Shown here: in pieces, positions 1-12,587 of the stretch
Layout of the letters: the number at the start of each line of letters is the position of its first letter
Position numbering within the stretch: the first letter of the stretch is position 1
Assembly (NCBI GenBank): GCA_013265495.1
Contig: MU058781.1
Span: forward strand, 11,949,009 to 12,013,008
Reading direction: 5' to 3'
Source of the DNA: Vicugna vicugna
Taxonomy: Eukaryota
Length of the DNA stretch: 64,000 nt
The notes under the pieces: model-generated
Seen by the model: the letters and a program-made list of their open reading frames with translations, nothing else
The model's database searches: none
Told to the model about the DNA's origin: nothing
Made by a program: the position numbers and the translations under genes

Positions 1-207
1 ATCTTGAGATTTTGCAGGTGATTTGTTCACCACGGCCCTTGGCAGTGACTCCTAGAGTAAAACTGATAATCCTACAGGGCCAAGAAGCTGTTCCAGCTCA
101 CTTATTCTTCTTACATGACAGGAGCATTAAAGTAGCATTAAAGACCTGTGGGTCACACCACAGCCCCCAGCCTTTACTGACATGGTGCCGCTGCTTCTGT
201 CTTACAG

Positions 208-258
208 GTGCTAACATCATGCAGAGCCTTCCTGGTAACAGCACGAATCCCCACCAAG
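208..258 (+). CDS. CARMIL1: CARMIL1 coding exon (about exon 3), PH-like domain, VLTSCRAFLVTARIPTK
   Basis: cttacag|GTG ... AAG|gtaagt; 51 nt, phase 0-0. Confidence 0.95.
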
Positions 259-288
259 GTAAGTGTCGGTGAGTTTCCTCCTAGCAGC

Positions 289-318
289 ACGTGCGTGCGT
301 GCGTGCACACACACACAC
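289..318. repeat. Compound (GCGT)n/(CA)n microsatellite
   Basis: acgtgcgtgcgtgcgtgcacacacacacac, about 30 nt downstream of the first exon donor. Confidence 0.85.
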
Positions 319-3300
319 TCACTTCTCAATTACTTAGACTTATGATTCAGGCCAGTGTGTTCAGAGTTCCCTTAGCACAACTGTATTTTCTTTCTTCCTC
401 CCCAGAAAGCACCTAAACTGTGATGACAGACATGTTTTGCTCCTTTGCTTCCTCTCTGTGTGAAAAGGCATCCTGAGAAAAGTGGCGAAAGCTTTTGTGC
501 TCCTCATCCCAGAGGCTTGTGGATTTCAGTTATTTTTGTCTCTCAACTGGGGCAGGGTTTACACTTTCTTCAAGTCTAGTTCTTATTTCCTTCAGTCCAC
601 TAATGGCAGATTTTTTAAGGTTTTGACACGTGGGAAATAACCTTCATAACTCTGAAGAGTGCATTTCTGGGAATGTGGCCAGCACAGCCCTCCTCCCTGG
701 GTAATTATCAGATCAGGGAAATGTCCACAGAGAAGCTGGGTTGGAGGATCACCCCATGTCAACCAGAGTGTTAAAGGGGTCTTCACTGGTCAAAGGTTCA
801 GCAGTTGGCAGGAGCACAGTGCATTTGGGGAGCTGGGGTGTTGGACCCAGGATGGTGGAGGCTGTGGAGGGAGAGAAACGATCAGGAAGATGGGCAATTG
901 ATATGGATCACTGCCTGTGGAATAGTGGGGGTTCCTGAAGGACCATCACGTAATCACATTTAGACTTGCTCTCTTGTCTTTCAGATGCGGGCTGTCTTGC
1001 TGAGGGTAGAGGTGGGGTGAGTGAGAGAATGATAGAAGAGCTACTGAGAGTTTGGGCTAATTCCTTCCTCCTATTGAACCAATCACTAGTGTCTCTGGTT
1101 CTGTCTTAAAGATGTCCTCAGGTCTTCCTGCAGCCTGCCTGTGTCTCAGCTGCCTAACTGGTCCTCCTGCTCCCTCCTGCTCAGTGACATTCTTTAAACT
1201 GTCTTTGGGGTGGGCTGGAGTCAGGGGAGGGGCAGTGGCGGGGACTGAGAGCACAGGCCTATTAAAAAAATAGCCGTGGATGAGATTAGAGAGAATGGCT
1301 TGAACCTTGCTGTGATGTCTGTCTGTCTGTGTCAGTGACTCCCCTCCTCACCACTAATAATAACTGGACTCTGATGAATCATATCCTTAGCCCATCCTCC
1401 CTTGCTGATCACTGAAACTGCAGGTCTGCTTCTAGTTTCCACCCTGCCCTAGTTCACTGAATGCCTCTATGCCTTTGCAAATTCTTTTTCTTCTGCTTGG
1501 ATTTCCCTTTTCACTCCTTCTTTGTTTGGCAAACTTGAAGTCATCCTTGAGGGCCTAGCTGAAATGTCTCTGTGCTCCCCTGGCTCCCTGGTACTTTGCT
1601 TATCCCTGGGACAGCCCTTAGGTGAAGCAGGAGCATCTTAACTGACCGCCACCTCACCTCACGCAGCCAAATTGAGCAAAGCCGCCCATGCTATACCTAA
1701 TGATGCTGACTGATACCAGCTGCATTTTCATAGCTGCTAAGTTATAGGAGAGTGAACCTGCTTACACCTGTTCCCACAGATGAATGAGATGCCCACCAAG
1801 GGTCAAGTGGTTTGTTTCCAAACCTTTTCAAAGCATTTATAATTATAGTAATACATTTTGAAATTAAAGATATTTTACATATCAATAAAATAGGCTGCAA
1901 AAGGAGAGAATGTCTATGAAATAGTGACTGTTGATAAAAGTCAATTTATTTTTTTTAAATTACTGTCTTGTTAAGGACCAGACAACTATTAAAGACTAGA
2001 GAGAGGGGAATGTAATACTCTAGAGAACTTAACGCCCTCATATTGCTTTGTGTCTTCAAGTTCTCACTCCATTTTAAAGAGCTTGACTTGGAAGTTGGGT
2101 GCCCTGCATTTCTGGGTGTGGCCTGCAAAGGAAATGCCATTGGAGACAGCCAGTGGGCTTCACTCAAAGAGGAAACTTTGGAACTATACCCAAGGCTAGC
2201 AAGTGAAAATATGTTTATAAGTTTTAATTCAAAATAAATGAAGATAGAGAGGTACTCTTTTTAGAAAATAATTCCCGGCTTTAAATGACTTTTCAAAACC
2301 CACCAAGTATAGATCTTGATAATGATAGGTAAGAACACTTCTATGCTAACTGAATGTTTAAAATGTGCCTCCAGTGTGGCATTTAACTTTCAGAGGACAA
2401 GATAGATGTCTCATTCCTCCTTCTAATCCTGAAACGTAGTAGGCCTTCCATAAATGTCTGTTGGTTGACTATGTGAATAATGAAAGAATGAGTTATCTTT
2501 CTACCTCCAGTTCTCATGACCATACTTCAATGTATTTAACTGGAAATTCAGGGATTCTCTGTTCTAAGATTTATCCTACGAAATGTGTAATGGTATGACA
2601 TAGCACCAGCAGGCAGAACTAAGGGTTTTATGGGTTTGGTTCTGGATAGATTGTTTTCCCATGACATTTCTAGTTTTAAGGCGAGAGGATAGAATAAACG
2701 GATCCAACTCAGTTCTCCATTGTCTTTAGTCCGATGCCCTGTGACTGTTCGCTGTACTCGGATGAAAGACCGCAAAACTGGGGGAAAGATTAGTGGCTGT
2801 TGTCCAGGAAAAACAGGCAAAGAGTACAAGACTGGAGATACTTTGAAGAAAAAGAAATGCTAATTACAGAAGAAGAGAGGAAGGGGTACTTGTTATTAAA
2901 ATAGAGAGGAAATAAATGATCATTTATATATATGCAGAGAGAGAAAAGACTTAACTCTGTGTTTCACTGGAGCACAGTTTAAAATTCCTAAATGTTGTAT
3001 TTTTCTAAATCCATTCAAAGTCAGAACTTTAATGAAAGACAGTGGGAGGAATGATGACTCCCGTGAGTGGTCAGAGTGTAACCCAAAGAGGTAAGGGTCT
3101 AGGAAGAAGGGAAAACCCAACATTGTCTTTATCTTGATCTGATTTACAGAAGCAAAATCTTGAAATCAGGGGTAAAAGGTATATTTAGATGGTTCCCTTC
3201 ATACATTGACTGCTCAACAAATAAATACTGGAGTAGAAGTACAAAAACTTTCCACTGGGTTTGTCCCTGGATGAAATTTAAAAAGCCAGACTTGTAGTTT

Positions 3301-3525
3301 GCTTTCAGTCCTTTAGGAAAGTGAATAATACTTTTCTTGAAATATGATAGATCAAAGTCATGTCTTACTGAATGAATGGAGATAATAAAACCAGCCGACC
3401 TTCAGAAGATGCCCAGTACTTTGTTTGCCCTTGGACTGTTTCTGATTGTAGCATTTTTACTTGGAATTGCAGGTTTTAAAACCCTCATTACTGGTCTTTA
3501 TTTCCCTCTCCCTCCTCAATTGCAG

Positions 3526-3585
3526 CTCGAGGTAACCTTCAGCTACTTGGAGATTCATGGCGTCATCTGCAGCAAGCCAGCTCAG
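3526..3585 (+). CDS. CARMIL1: CARMIL1 coding exon (about exon 4), LEVTFSYLEIHGVICSKPAQ
   Basis: ttgcag|CTC ... CAG|gtgagt; 60 nt, phase 0-0; peptide visible inside ORF 3376..3645. Confidence 0.95.
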
Positions 3586-3983
3586 GTGAGTGTGAACAAC
3601 CTGTTTGTCATTCCTGGAAGGTCAGGCCTTTGCTTGAGTTTCTGAAACCAGGAAACTCCTTCTATTTGGTTCACTATTAAAAGTTTCTTGAGATAATGTC
3701 GAAAAACAAGATAAGGGAAAATGGAGGTTTCTGAATGAGAGACTGAACAGGGGCTAGGTGGGCAGGGGTTGGGAATTTGTGATAAGGGAAATAGGTTCTC
3801 CATAACACAATTTGAAAAGAACTAATTAGCTCTAATGTTAGCTGGTGATGTATACATGAGAGTTCTGTTCCTTAGAGATGCACAAGTTTTAGCACTAAAA
3901 TTTCATAGCTGCTCTACAGTACAATATAAGGTCTTTCTGGGAATATAGTGATGAATGAATCTTTTTGTATTAATGTAGATTTT

Positions 3984-4096
3984 CTTAAATTAACATACTG
4001 TCAGTTACAATGTGTCAATTTCTGGTGTCCCAGTCATACATATACATACATATATTCATTTTCATGTTCTTTTTCATTAAAGGTTGTTACAAGATA
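3984..4096 (-). mobile_element. Short 5'-truncated lineage-specific L1 3' end
   Basis: L1 3' UTR motif (tacaatgtgtcaatttctggtgt...tcatacatatacatacatatattc); perfect 13-bp TSD taatgtagatttt at 3971-3983 and 4097-4109. Confidence 0.8.
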
Positions 4097-6081
4097 TAAT
4101 GTAGATTTTAAAAGACAGCTTTATTGAACTATACATAACATGCAGTCAACTAAAGTGTATAGTTTGAACGTTTTGACATGTAGACCGGTGAAACCATCAT
4201 CACAGTCAAGATACTGAATATACTCATCACCCATAGTTTTTCTCATCCGTCTTAATAAACACTCCCTCTCGCCCCTCCCCACTGCATTCTCTGAAATTTT
4301 ATGTGAATGGAATCATATGGTGTGTGTACTCTTGATTGTCGGCCATCTTTTAGCCAGTATAATTATTTTGAGATTGATTACTTTTGTTGAGTGTCTCAGT
4401 AGTTCATTCCTTTTTTATTGCTGAGTAGTATTCCATTGTATGGCTATATCACAATTTGTTTATTCATCACCAAGTGATGGATATTTGGTTTGTCTCCAGT
4501 TCTTGGCTGACAAGCAAATGTGCTATGAACATTTATGTACAAATCTTTGCTTGGATATTGGCTTTTATTTCTAAAGGGTAAATAATAAGGAGTGGTGTGG
4601 CTGAACTGTATGGTGGGTATCTGGTAAACTTTTAAAGAAACTGCTAAACTGTTTTTCAGAGTGGTTGTACCAGTTTACATTGCCACCAGCATTGTATAAG
4701 AGTTCCAGTTCCTCCACATCCTCCCCAGCACTGGTATGGCCAGTGTTTTAAATTAGCCATTTTAAAAGAGGTTTGTAATGCTTTTTCACTGTAGTTTTAA
4801 TTTGCATTTCCTTGATGACTAAAGATACTAAGCATCTTTTTATCTGCTTATTTGCAATCATATATCTTCTTTATTCAAGTATCAGTTCAAATCTTTTGCC
4901 ATTTGAAAAAACTGAATTGTTTTCTTACTGTTTTAAGAGTTCTTCACAGATAAGAGTTCTTTATAGATTCTAAATACAAATCCTTTATCAGGTATATTAT
5001 TTATACATATTTTCTCTCAGTCTGTGACTTGTCTTTGCATTTTCTTTAAAGTGCTTTTCAAAAATCACTTTTAAATTTTGATGAAGTCCAGTTAGTTTAT
5101 TAATATGTTATGGATCATGCTGGTGTCATATTGAATAAATCCTTGATTAACCTAAAATGGCAGAATGTTTTATGTCTTCTAGAAGTTGTATACCTTTAGG
5201 TTACACACTTAGGTCTCTGATCCATTTTGGGGTAATTTTTGTATGTAAAGCAATGTGTGGATCAATATTTTCTTTTTTCTTTTGCACTATATATAGTATT
5301 TCCACTTGTTCCAGTACCATTTGTTTGGAAGACTTGTCATTTCCCCATTGAACTAGCTTTCACTGTAGTTGAAGATCAATTGTTCACATAAATGTTGGTC
5401 TATTTCTGGACTCTCTGCTCCCTTTAATCCTGTCCTTCTGATCTATTTGTCTGTATTTATGCTATTATCACGCTGTCTTGATTATTGTAGCTTTATAATA
5501 AGATTTGAAATCAGATAATGTTAGTTCTCCGACTTTGTTCTTTTTCAAAGTTGTTTTAGTTTGTGAATTGTGAAGTTGTTTGTAATTCTATATGAATTTT
5601 AGACTCAGCTCAGTTTCTATGAAGAGGCTGAGTTTTTGATTGGGATTATATTTAATCTATAAATCAGTCTGGGGAGAATTGACATCTTAACAACATGGAG
5701 TCCCTGACCCAAGATAAAATCGTGTATTTCTCCATGTATTTAGGTCTTTTAAAATTTCTCTCAGTGGTATTTTGTTGTAGCTTTCAGTGTATAGGTCTTA
5801 CACATCTTTTGTCAGATTTATTTTTAAGTATTTCATGTTTTTTTGATGCTATTTTAAATAGTATTTTTTAAAACTTCGATTTCCAGTTGTTTCTTGCTGA
5901 TATATAGAAATACAGTGGACTTTTGCATATTGTTCTTATATCTTACAATCTTGCTCTACTCATCCATTAGTTCTAGGAGCTTTTTAAAAAACGGATTCCA
6001 CCATTTTCTACATACATAATTGTGTTGCTTATGAATAAAGACACTATTACTTCTTCCTTTTTCAATTTCTTGCCTTATTGC

Positions 6082-6519
6082 TGTTGGGAGATGTTCCTCA
6101 TGGGTCTCTGACTCTCCTACATGTCTTGCTGGGTATGCCACGAATTCAGTGCTGGGACTGCTCTTTACCCAGGTTACTTGTCAGGGTTATGTTTGCAAAG
6201 GGTGATTTTGTGGGATGATGGGATGTTTCCCTTTTAAGCAAAGAGCAGGTTTGTGTACGATTTACTATGAAAAACAGATTACCTGATCTCAATGGTTCAT
6301 TTCCTATAAGAAACTCACTGTGTGTGCGGGCATCTCTCTTGAGTCCTCCATGTCACCCTGTGGGACTCTGGGGAAAGGGGGAGTGTAAGCAAACACGATG
6401 CTCATGCCCTTTGCTGTACCGTGAATAATAAAGTCCTTTGTCTCTAACCCAGGAATCTCTTGTCTCTTGCTGGTGTTGATGAAACAGCATCAATCAAAAT
6501 CAAATCTCAAACCCTGACA
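6082..6519 (+). mobile_element. Solo LTR, LTR40-like (ERVL class), nested in L1
   Basis: TG...CA termini, aataaagtcctttgtctctaacccagg poly(A)-signal region; host L1 resumes on both sides (tgccttattgc | actgctaagacctcc); degenerate 5-bp TSD attgc/gctgc. Confidence 0.75.
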
Positions 6520-6783
6520 GCTGCACTGCTAAGACCTCCCAGTACAGTGCTGAATAGAAGTGAGAACAGATACCCTTGATTTATTTCTAATCTTTGAGGG
6601 AAAGCATCTTTCTCCTTACATTAAGTTTGGTGTTAACTGTTGGTTTTTCATAGATGCCCTTTATCTGACGGAGGAAATTCTCTTTTGTTCCTAGTTTGCT
6701 GAGAGTTTTTTTTTTTTTAATCAGGAATTAGTGTTGTGTTTTGTCAAATGTTTTTCTGTTGAGATTATTGTGCGCTCTTTTCC

Positions 6784-6886
6784 TTTTTTTTTCTTTTCTT
6801 TTTTCCTGATGGAGGTATTGGGGATTGAACCCAGGGCCTTGTGCATGCTAAGTGTGGGTTCTACCACTGAGCTATGCCCACCTCCC
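6784..6886 (-). mobile_element. tRNA-derived SINE (Vic-1-like), short form
   Basis: Reverse strand reads gcatagctcagtggtaga...ccctgggttcaatccccaatacctcc (A and B box) plus A-rich tail. Confidence 0.85.
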
Positions 6887-7663
6887 TCCTTTTTCTTTTT
6901 AGTTTGTTAGTATGATAATTTTTATTGATTTGTCAGATACTAACTCAACCTTTCATTCCTGGGATTAACCCCCCTTGGTTGTGATGTATTTTTCATTTTC
7001 TATATTGTTGGATTTCGTTTGTTAAAATTTTGTGAAGAAACTTTGCATCTATGTTACGGAAGTTATTGGTTGTAGTTTTCTCTCTTTTTGAAATGTTTTT
7101 ACTGCTTTCTGTATTAAAGAAATCATGGGCTTGTAGAATGAGCTGGGAAGTAGTTCCCCCTCTTGGATTTTTTAGACAACTTTATGTAGTGTTGGTATTA
7201 ATTCTTCTTTAAATGTGTGGTTGAATTTACCAGTCAAGTCATCTGGACCTAGAGTTCTGTCTTAGGGAAGGTTTTAAACTACAAATTCAGTTTCTTTAAT
7301 AGATGTTGATACTTGGGTATATTTTTTCTTGAGTGAGCTTTGGTAGTTTGTGACTCAAGAAATTTATACATTTCATCTCAGTTGACACATTTAGTGTTAT
7401 AAAGTTGTTCGCAGTACCCACTTGTTATCCTTTAAATATATGTAGAATATCATTCCTGATATTGATAGTTTGGTTCTTCTTTCTTTTCTGTATCAATCTG
7501 ATTAGAGGTTTATCAATTCTTTTAATATTCTCAAAAAACTTGCTTTTTGGTTGCATTGATTTTCTCTATTGATTGCATTGATTGTTTTCTATTTCAATGA
7601 CTCTTGCTCTGATTTTTCATTTCCTTCCTTCTACTTTTTTTGATTTTTAAAACTATGAAGAAA

Positions 7664-7666
<3 letters not shown>

Positions 7667-7699
<33 letters not shown>
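7667..7699. repeat. (TG)n microsatellite
   Basis: tgtgtgtg... run, directly visible. Confidence 0.9.
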
Positions 7700-7701
<2 letters not shown>

Positions 7702-8421
7702 GTTTGTTGATAGCATCCCTAACAGAAATTGTCAAAATCATCATTTCACGTTGATCAAGTTTATATACAAATCCTTGGAACTTTTCCATAGTTCATCTGA
7801 GAGCATTGTTTTATCCTATGTGTTTATCATTCTCCAGGAACTGGAGTTTGGAAGAAAAATTACAGCACCATATGTTTGCCCAAGTGGGCAGACATATGCA
7901 GGAGTGAATGATCATTCATGAATGATGACATAACCAGGGCCTTCTTGATGGTCTTAATTCAGGAATGTTCATGTTTATGATGTGGGGGTTGGGATGGAAA
8001 CAGAAGGGCGCTGTTGAAATGTTAATGCCAAGGTTATATTCAGAATATGATTAGACCTTGGTATTTAATTATGAGAAAGGATGTTGATACAGCAAGACCA
8101 ATTTTCCCATGTGGCTGCTGAAACTGATCTTATCACATGTGTAGTCTTGTCCCTTCTGTAAGTCTGGCATTCAGAGGGACTGGGTGTAAAGCCATCCACC
8201 TCAGTCCCATGGAGCAGTTCTGTCCCTGTAAGTACCAAAAGAATAGCTCTACACCATCACCACAGGTAACTTTGGAAATGAAATGACTATATAGTGAAAC
8301 AGTTGTCCTGCTTCCACACAGGACCAGCACCTCAGACACTGGCAATATGAGTCACTTAGTGGTATTCAAAACTTGATGTTTCAAAATTACCTATGATATT
8401 TTTAAAAAATGCTGATACCTC

Positions 8422-8542
8422 AATTATTGGGTGTGAGATAGGCCAAAAGGATGTATTGTTCAACGGGGGGGGGTTATAGCCAATATTTTGTAATAAGAGT
8501 AAATAGGGTGTAACCTTTAAAAGTTGTATAAAAAATTACAAG
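8422..8542 (+). mobile_element. Very short 5'-truncated L1 3' end
   Basis: aaggatgtattgttcaac...tatagccaatattttgtaataa...taacctttaaaagttgtata then A-rich tail; 16-bp TSD aaaatgctgatacctc / aaaacactgatacctc. Confidence 0.7.
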
Positions 8543-10826
8543 AAAACACTGATACCTCCAGCAGTAGTGGTACTCCCCCCACCCCCACCCCATACACGCA
8601 CTCATGACAGTCAGGGTTCCGTATGTCTCACGTGGGCATTTGATTCTGTTGTGTCCCAGAGGCTGAGTGTGAATAACCTGTGTAACCTCAGGACCCTTGA
8701 TGTCTCTGGTTTCGATTTTTTTCTGATGAGACATCATAAGGATGATGGGGTCTGCCTGTGGCACTTGCCATCTAGCCTTGATTAGAACCCTTTTTTCTAA
8801 TGTTCTCTGGGATTTATTAACTTTTCTGTCATTGCTGCTTTTACCACTATTTAATGATTGTTTGTAAATTCAGATAAAATGCCACGGGACATAACACATT
8901 TCGTGAATGTGAGGGAGAGTGAGTGAATGTGGTGTTGAGTTGGTGAAATGTGACTTTTTACTATTGCTCTTTTCCTCTTTCTCGTGGAAATATGGGGAGA
9001 CCTTTATCTTGTTTTAAAATTCTCATTGCCCGAAGACTTGATGGTGTTCAAGTTCTGTTGTTGTCATGGTCAATAAATAGAGACCAACAATTGTATAGTT
9101 TTACAGTTACAGTTTTGGAATCGCTTCTTGTACAACTGAAATACCTGCTAAGATTTTTTTTTTCAAATTATAAGGCCGATTGTTTGCTCTGTCACAGAAT
9201 GATTTTGGTAAATGGCTGTTTCTATTTAGAGAAGAAAAACACTTTTCAGATCTGTTGGCCGAATTTTAGTGAAAAAATGCTTCCTAAAAGGTTACTCGGT
9301 TGTTTTTAACCTTAAAAAAGGAGGTGAGATGGGATTGGGAACCTGGGTTTTCAGTAAGATACTGGCTCTTATATCTCTGTTATTTTAAATGCCCGTTGGC
9401 GCTTATGGATTATGTTCTGCTAGGTGTCTGAGCAAAAATGGTTTCTTTCTGTTTTCCCCAGAATGAAATAGGAGGGAAGGAGCTATCTGAGAGGAAGTTC
9501 TTTCTCCTGATGAAATGCTGGGGTGGGTTATTCTCACCACTCTCCCTTTGTTGCAGTCTGCACATTATGCAGAGGTGGTGATATTATGCAGGGCTCCATG
9601 AATGCTTTCATGTAAGGTTGCATTCTAAGCCCTCATTTCTTCCCCACCTGTCACCTTTTTTCTTCCCTGTCATTCTATTCAATCCTGTGCAATTAAGGAT
9701 GATTAGGCGTTAAGATTAAGTGGAATTAGAATAAGCTAATTACTAATTACTCGTACCCAAACCGTGAACTGCATAGACAGATGCCCTAGATGTGAAGAAA
9801 GAAGATGTACCCTGTAGTGGGAAATACAATTCCCAATGGAGGGAAGGTTGGGGGTGGGGTGTCGAACATAGACAAGATGGCTGCATCCCAGAGTGCCTGG
9901 CTTTTTACAACATCCCTAGGCCCAGATGTGTGCATATGAAACTTATGAGCCTAACTGCACAAAGCAGTTTTAGTTGTATTTAAGATGCCGCACTTGAGAT
10001 GTCCTGGGATTGTATTAGTAAATAACTCTGGGTATAGTAATGCTTGCAGCCTTTGGTGGGGGGGATATCTCTTGGAGCAACTTCTGGAAGACCAAACGGT
10101 CTTTGCTTAGAGAATTTCAAAGGCAACCGATTAATTTTTCGAGGAATATGCTAAAAATTAGGATTAAAAAAAATGTGTTTTATATAAGGAGCCAACTAAT
10201 TGGTACAAAGGTGATATAAATTAAATACTTAACAGATTCCTTTAGGGGTTCTTATGGGAAAATAACATTTTAAGGACTCATATCACTCAAGTCTTTTTCT
10301 TTGATCTCATCATTTTGACAAATAAATTGCATTACTTTTTCTTTTAACATAAACACATTGAAAGAGATTATTTTTTAAAATCTAGCTAATTTTAGGACAA
10401 CCTAAAGCAAATCCAAAAGCTTCTTTGTTAATCCAGTTGGTTAGCTGCACTTAAAGGTAGTTGCACATAACATTTTTATACAAATTAAGTGGCAACGGAA
10501 GGTGAATGTATGAGGATATTTTGACGCAGTAGTAATCCAAAGGGATTGCATTTTCCATGAATATTCTTGAGATCCAAGGAAATGGTATCTTTTTTTTCAA
10601 AAAAGTGATGGAAGTTGATTCTTTATATTAGAAATGTGTTTATAATCAACCTATTGCCCCTTTTGTGACCTGCCCTTTGTATCAGGTTGATTTATACTTA
10701 TTTGTAAGACTAGCTATATGACCTCAGTGTCAGCATTTTTGGTATAACTTTTGGACTTCTCCAGCAGTTAATTGTCGGAATGAGTCTTTGCCTACCATTA
10801 AACTTCATTGCCTTGTTCCCTTCATA

Positions 10827-11445
10827 CAGTCCAGCTAAGTTATCAGATCGACTGTCACAATATCACAGGACTTGTGTTCAAGTCACCCTTATTTTACTGC
10901 ATAATGGCTTCGAAGTGCAAGAGTTGTGACATTGGCAATTTGAATGTGCCAAAGAGAAGCCGTAAAGTGCTTTCTTTAAGTGAAAAGTTGAAAGTTCTTA
11001 ACTTAATAAGGAAAGAAAAAAAATTGTATACTGAGGTTGCTAGGATCTATGGTAAGAACAAACCTTCCACCTGTGAAATTGTGAAGATGGAAAAAGAAAT
11101 CTGTTTTGCTGTTACACCTCAAATCGCAAAAGTTACGGCCACCGCATGTGATAGCTGCTTAGTTAGGATGGAAAAGGCATTAAATTTATACAATAAGATA
11201 TTTTGAGAGAGAGCGAGAGAGACCATGTTCACATAACTTTTATTTATAGTATGTATTATAGTTGTTCTATTTTATTGTTAGTTATTATTGTTAATCTCTT
11301 CATGTGCCTAATTTATAAATTAAACTCCATCATAGGTGTGTATAGCTGGGAGAAGCCTAGTATCTGTAGGTTTCAGTACTGTCTGTGGTAACAGACTTCC
11401 ACCGGGGCTCTTGGAACGTTTCCTGTGGATAAGCAGGGACTACTG
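10827..11445 (+). mobile_element. MER44/Tigger7-derived DNA transposon (TcMar-Tigger), left end degraded
   Basis: Right TIR ggataagcagggactactg followed by TA; internal transposase N-terminal coding remnant (KRSRKVLSLSEKLKVLNLIRKEKK...ARIYGKN). Confidence 0.88.
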
Positions 11446-11480
11446 TATATCGTTGACATCACTTAAGAGAAACGATTTAA

Positions 11481-11648
<168 letters not shown>

Positions 11649-12041
11649 TGAGTTCTCCTGGGGGCGGGGGAGCAGGGAACGTGTTCTTCCTCACAATGAA
11701 AACAGCCTTCCTCTTGCCTCTTCCCTGGGTTCCTCTCCCATACTTTCTTCTTGTCTTAAACATGAAATATCAAAACCCTCACTTAAATCTTTGGGTTTCA
11801 CATCTGAGAATTTCTAGATGGCCGTGCCTTATTCTTTAAAGAGCTTGAGTGATGGAGGGGTTTGGCAAGCCTTTAACCTCTCCTCCTAACACTAGAATGG
11901 GACCTTTTTCATTTCACCTGAGATTTACCCTCGTGTGAATTTTACCCACCGCTATTGGCAGAATGTTAGGGGCCAAATGCTTTGAAAAAAGGCATCAAGT
12001 GTAGTATTAATGAAGAAGGAGAATGCTTCCTTTTCCTTGGG

Positions 12042-12125
12042 TTTTTTTTCCCCCCTTTTCTTTCCTTTTTTTTTTCCCCCCTTTTCTTTCCTTTTTTTCC
12101 CCCCCTTTTCTTTCCTTTTTTTTTC
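12042..12125. repeat. Polypyrimidine tandem repeat, 3 copies of an approximately 25-bp unit T(7-10)C(6-7)TTTTCTTTCC
   Basis: Directly visible. Confidence 0.85.
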
Positions 12126-12587
12126 CTGGTTTCAGTAAGAGGAAACTTAAAAAAAAAACCCAACATTGAAATTAGCCTCTTTCATTTTCTTCTGTGGTGG
12201 GATATCAGTAGATTTTGTCTGAACGTGCCCTCCTACTTTTTTGTTGAGTGCTTAAAGTCAGGACTGTGTGCTTGTGTAACAGTTTGTAGTGAGGGAGTGT
12301 GGGTCATTGGAAAGGGGAAGTGTATTGACAGAAGTGAAAAGGCAGAGAGGTCCTTACGTCAGAAAGCTCCTAAAATAATAGTTCGTAGTCAGAACGCCCT
12401 GACGGAAGATGGCACGCAGATCTTAGGAAGTCCCTCTCCCTGCTGAGGAGGCCTGAAACCTCGCGTAGATCACAGAGGTGGTGAGCTGTGCACCGTGCTT
12501 GGTGGGGCAGAGGGGAATCTGGGGAATGATTGTGCTTCATAGAGCACGTCCCTACAATGCTCTGCCTTTAAATTAAGAGGCTAAGCA

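Larger units (their letters stand above)
4110..7650 (-). mobile_element. Old L1 (L1M-type) fragment, 3' UTR plus decayed ORF2, interrupted by an LTR and a SINE
   Basis: Typical antisense L1 motifs (ttttttattgctgagtagtattccattgtatgg; gtggttgtaccagtttacattgccaccagc; tctggggagaattgacatcttaacaa); no intact ORF; ends approximate. Confidence 0.88.

Noticed and set aside
11966..12446. Lys/Gly-rich and Phe/Pro-rich ORFs
   Set aside because: Translations of the polypyrimidine tandem tract
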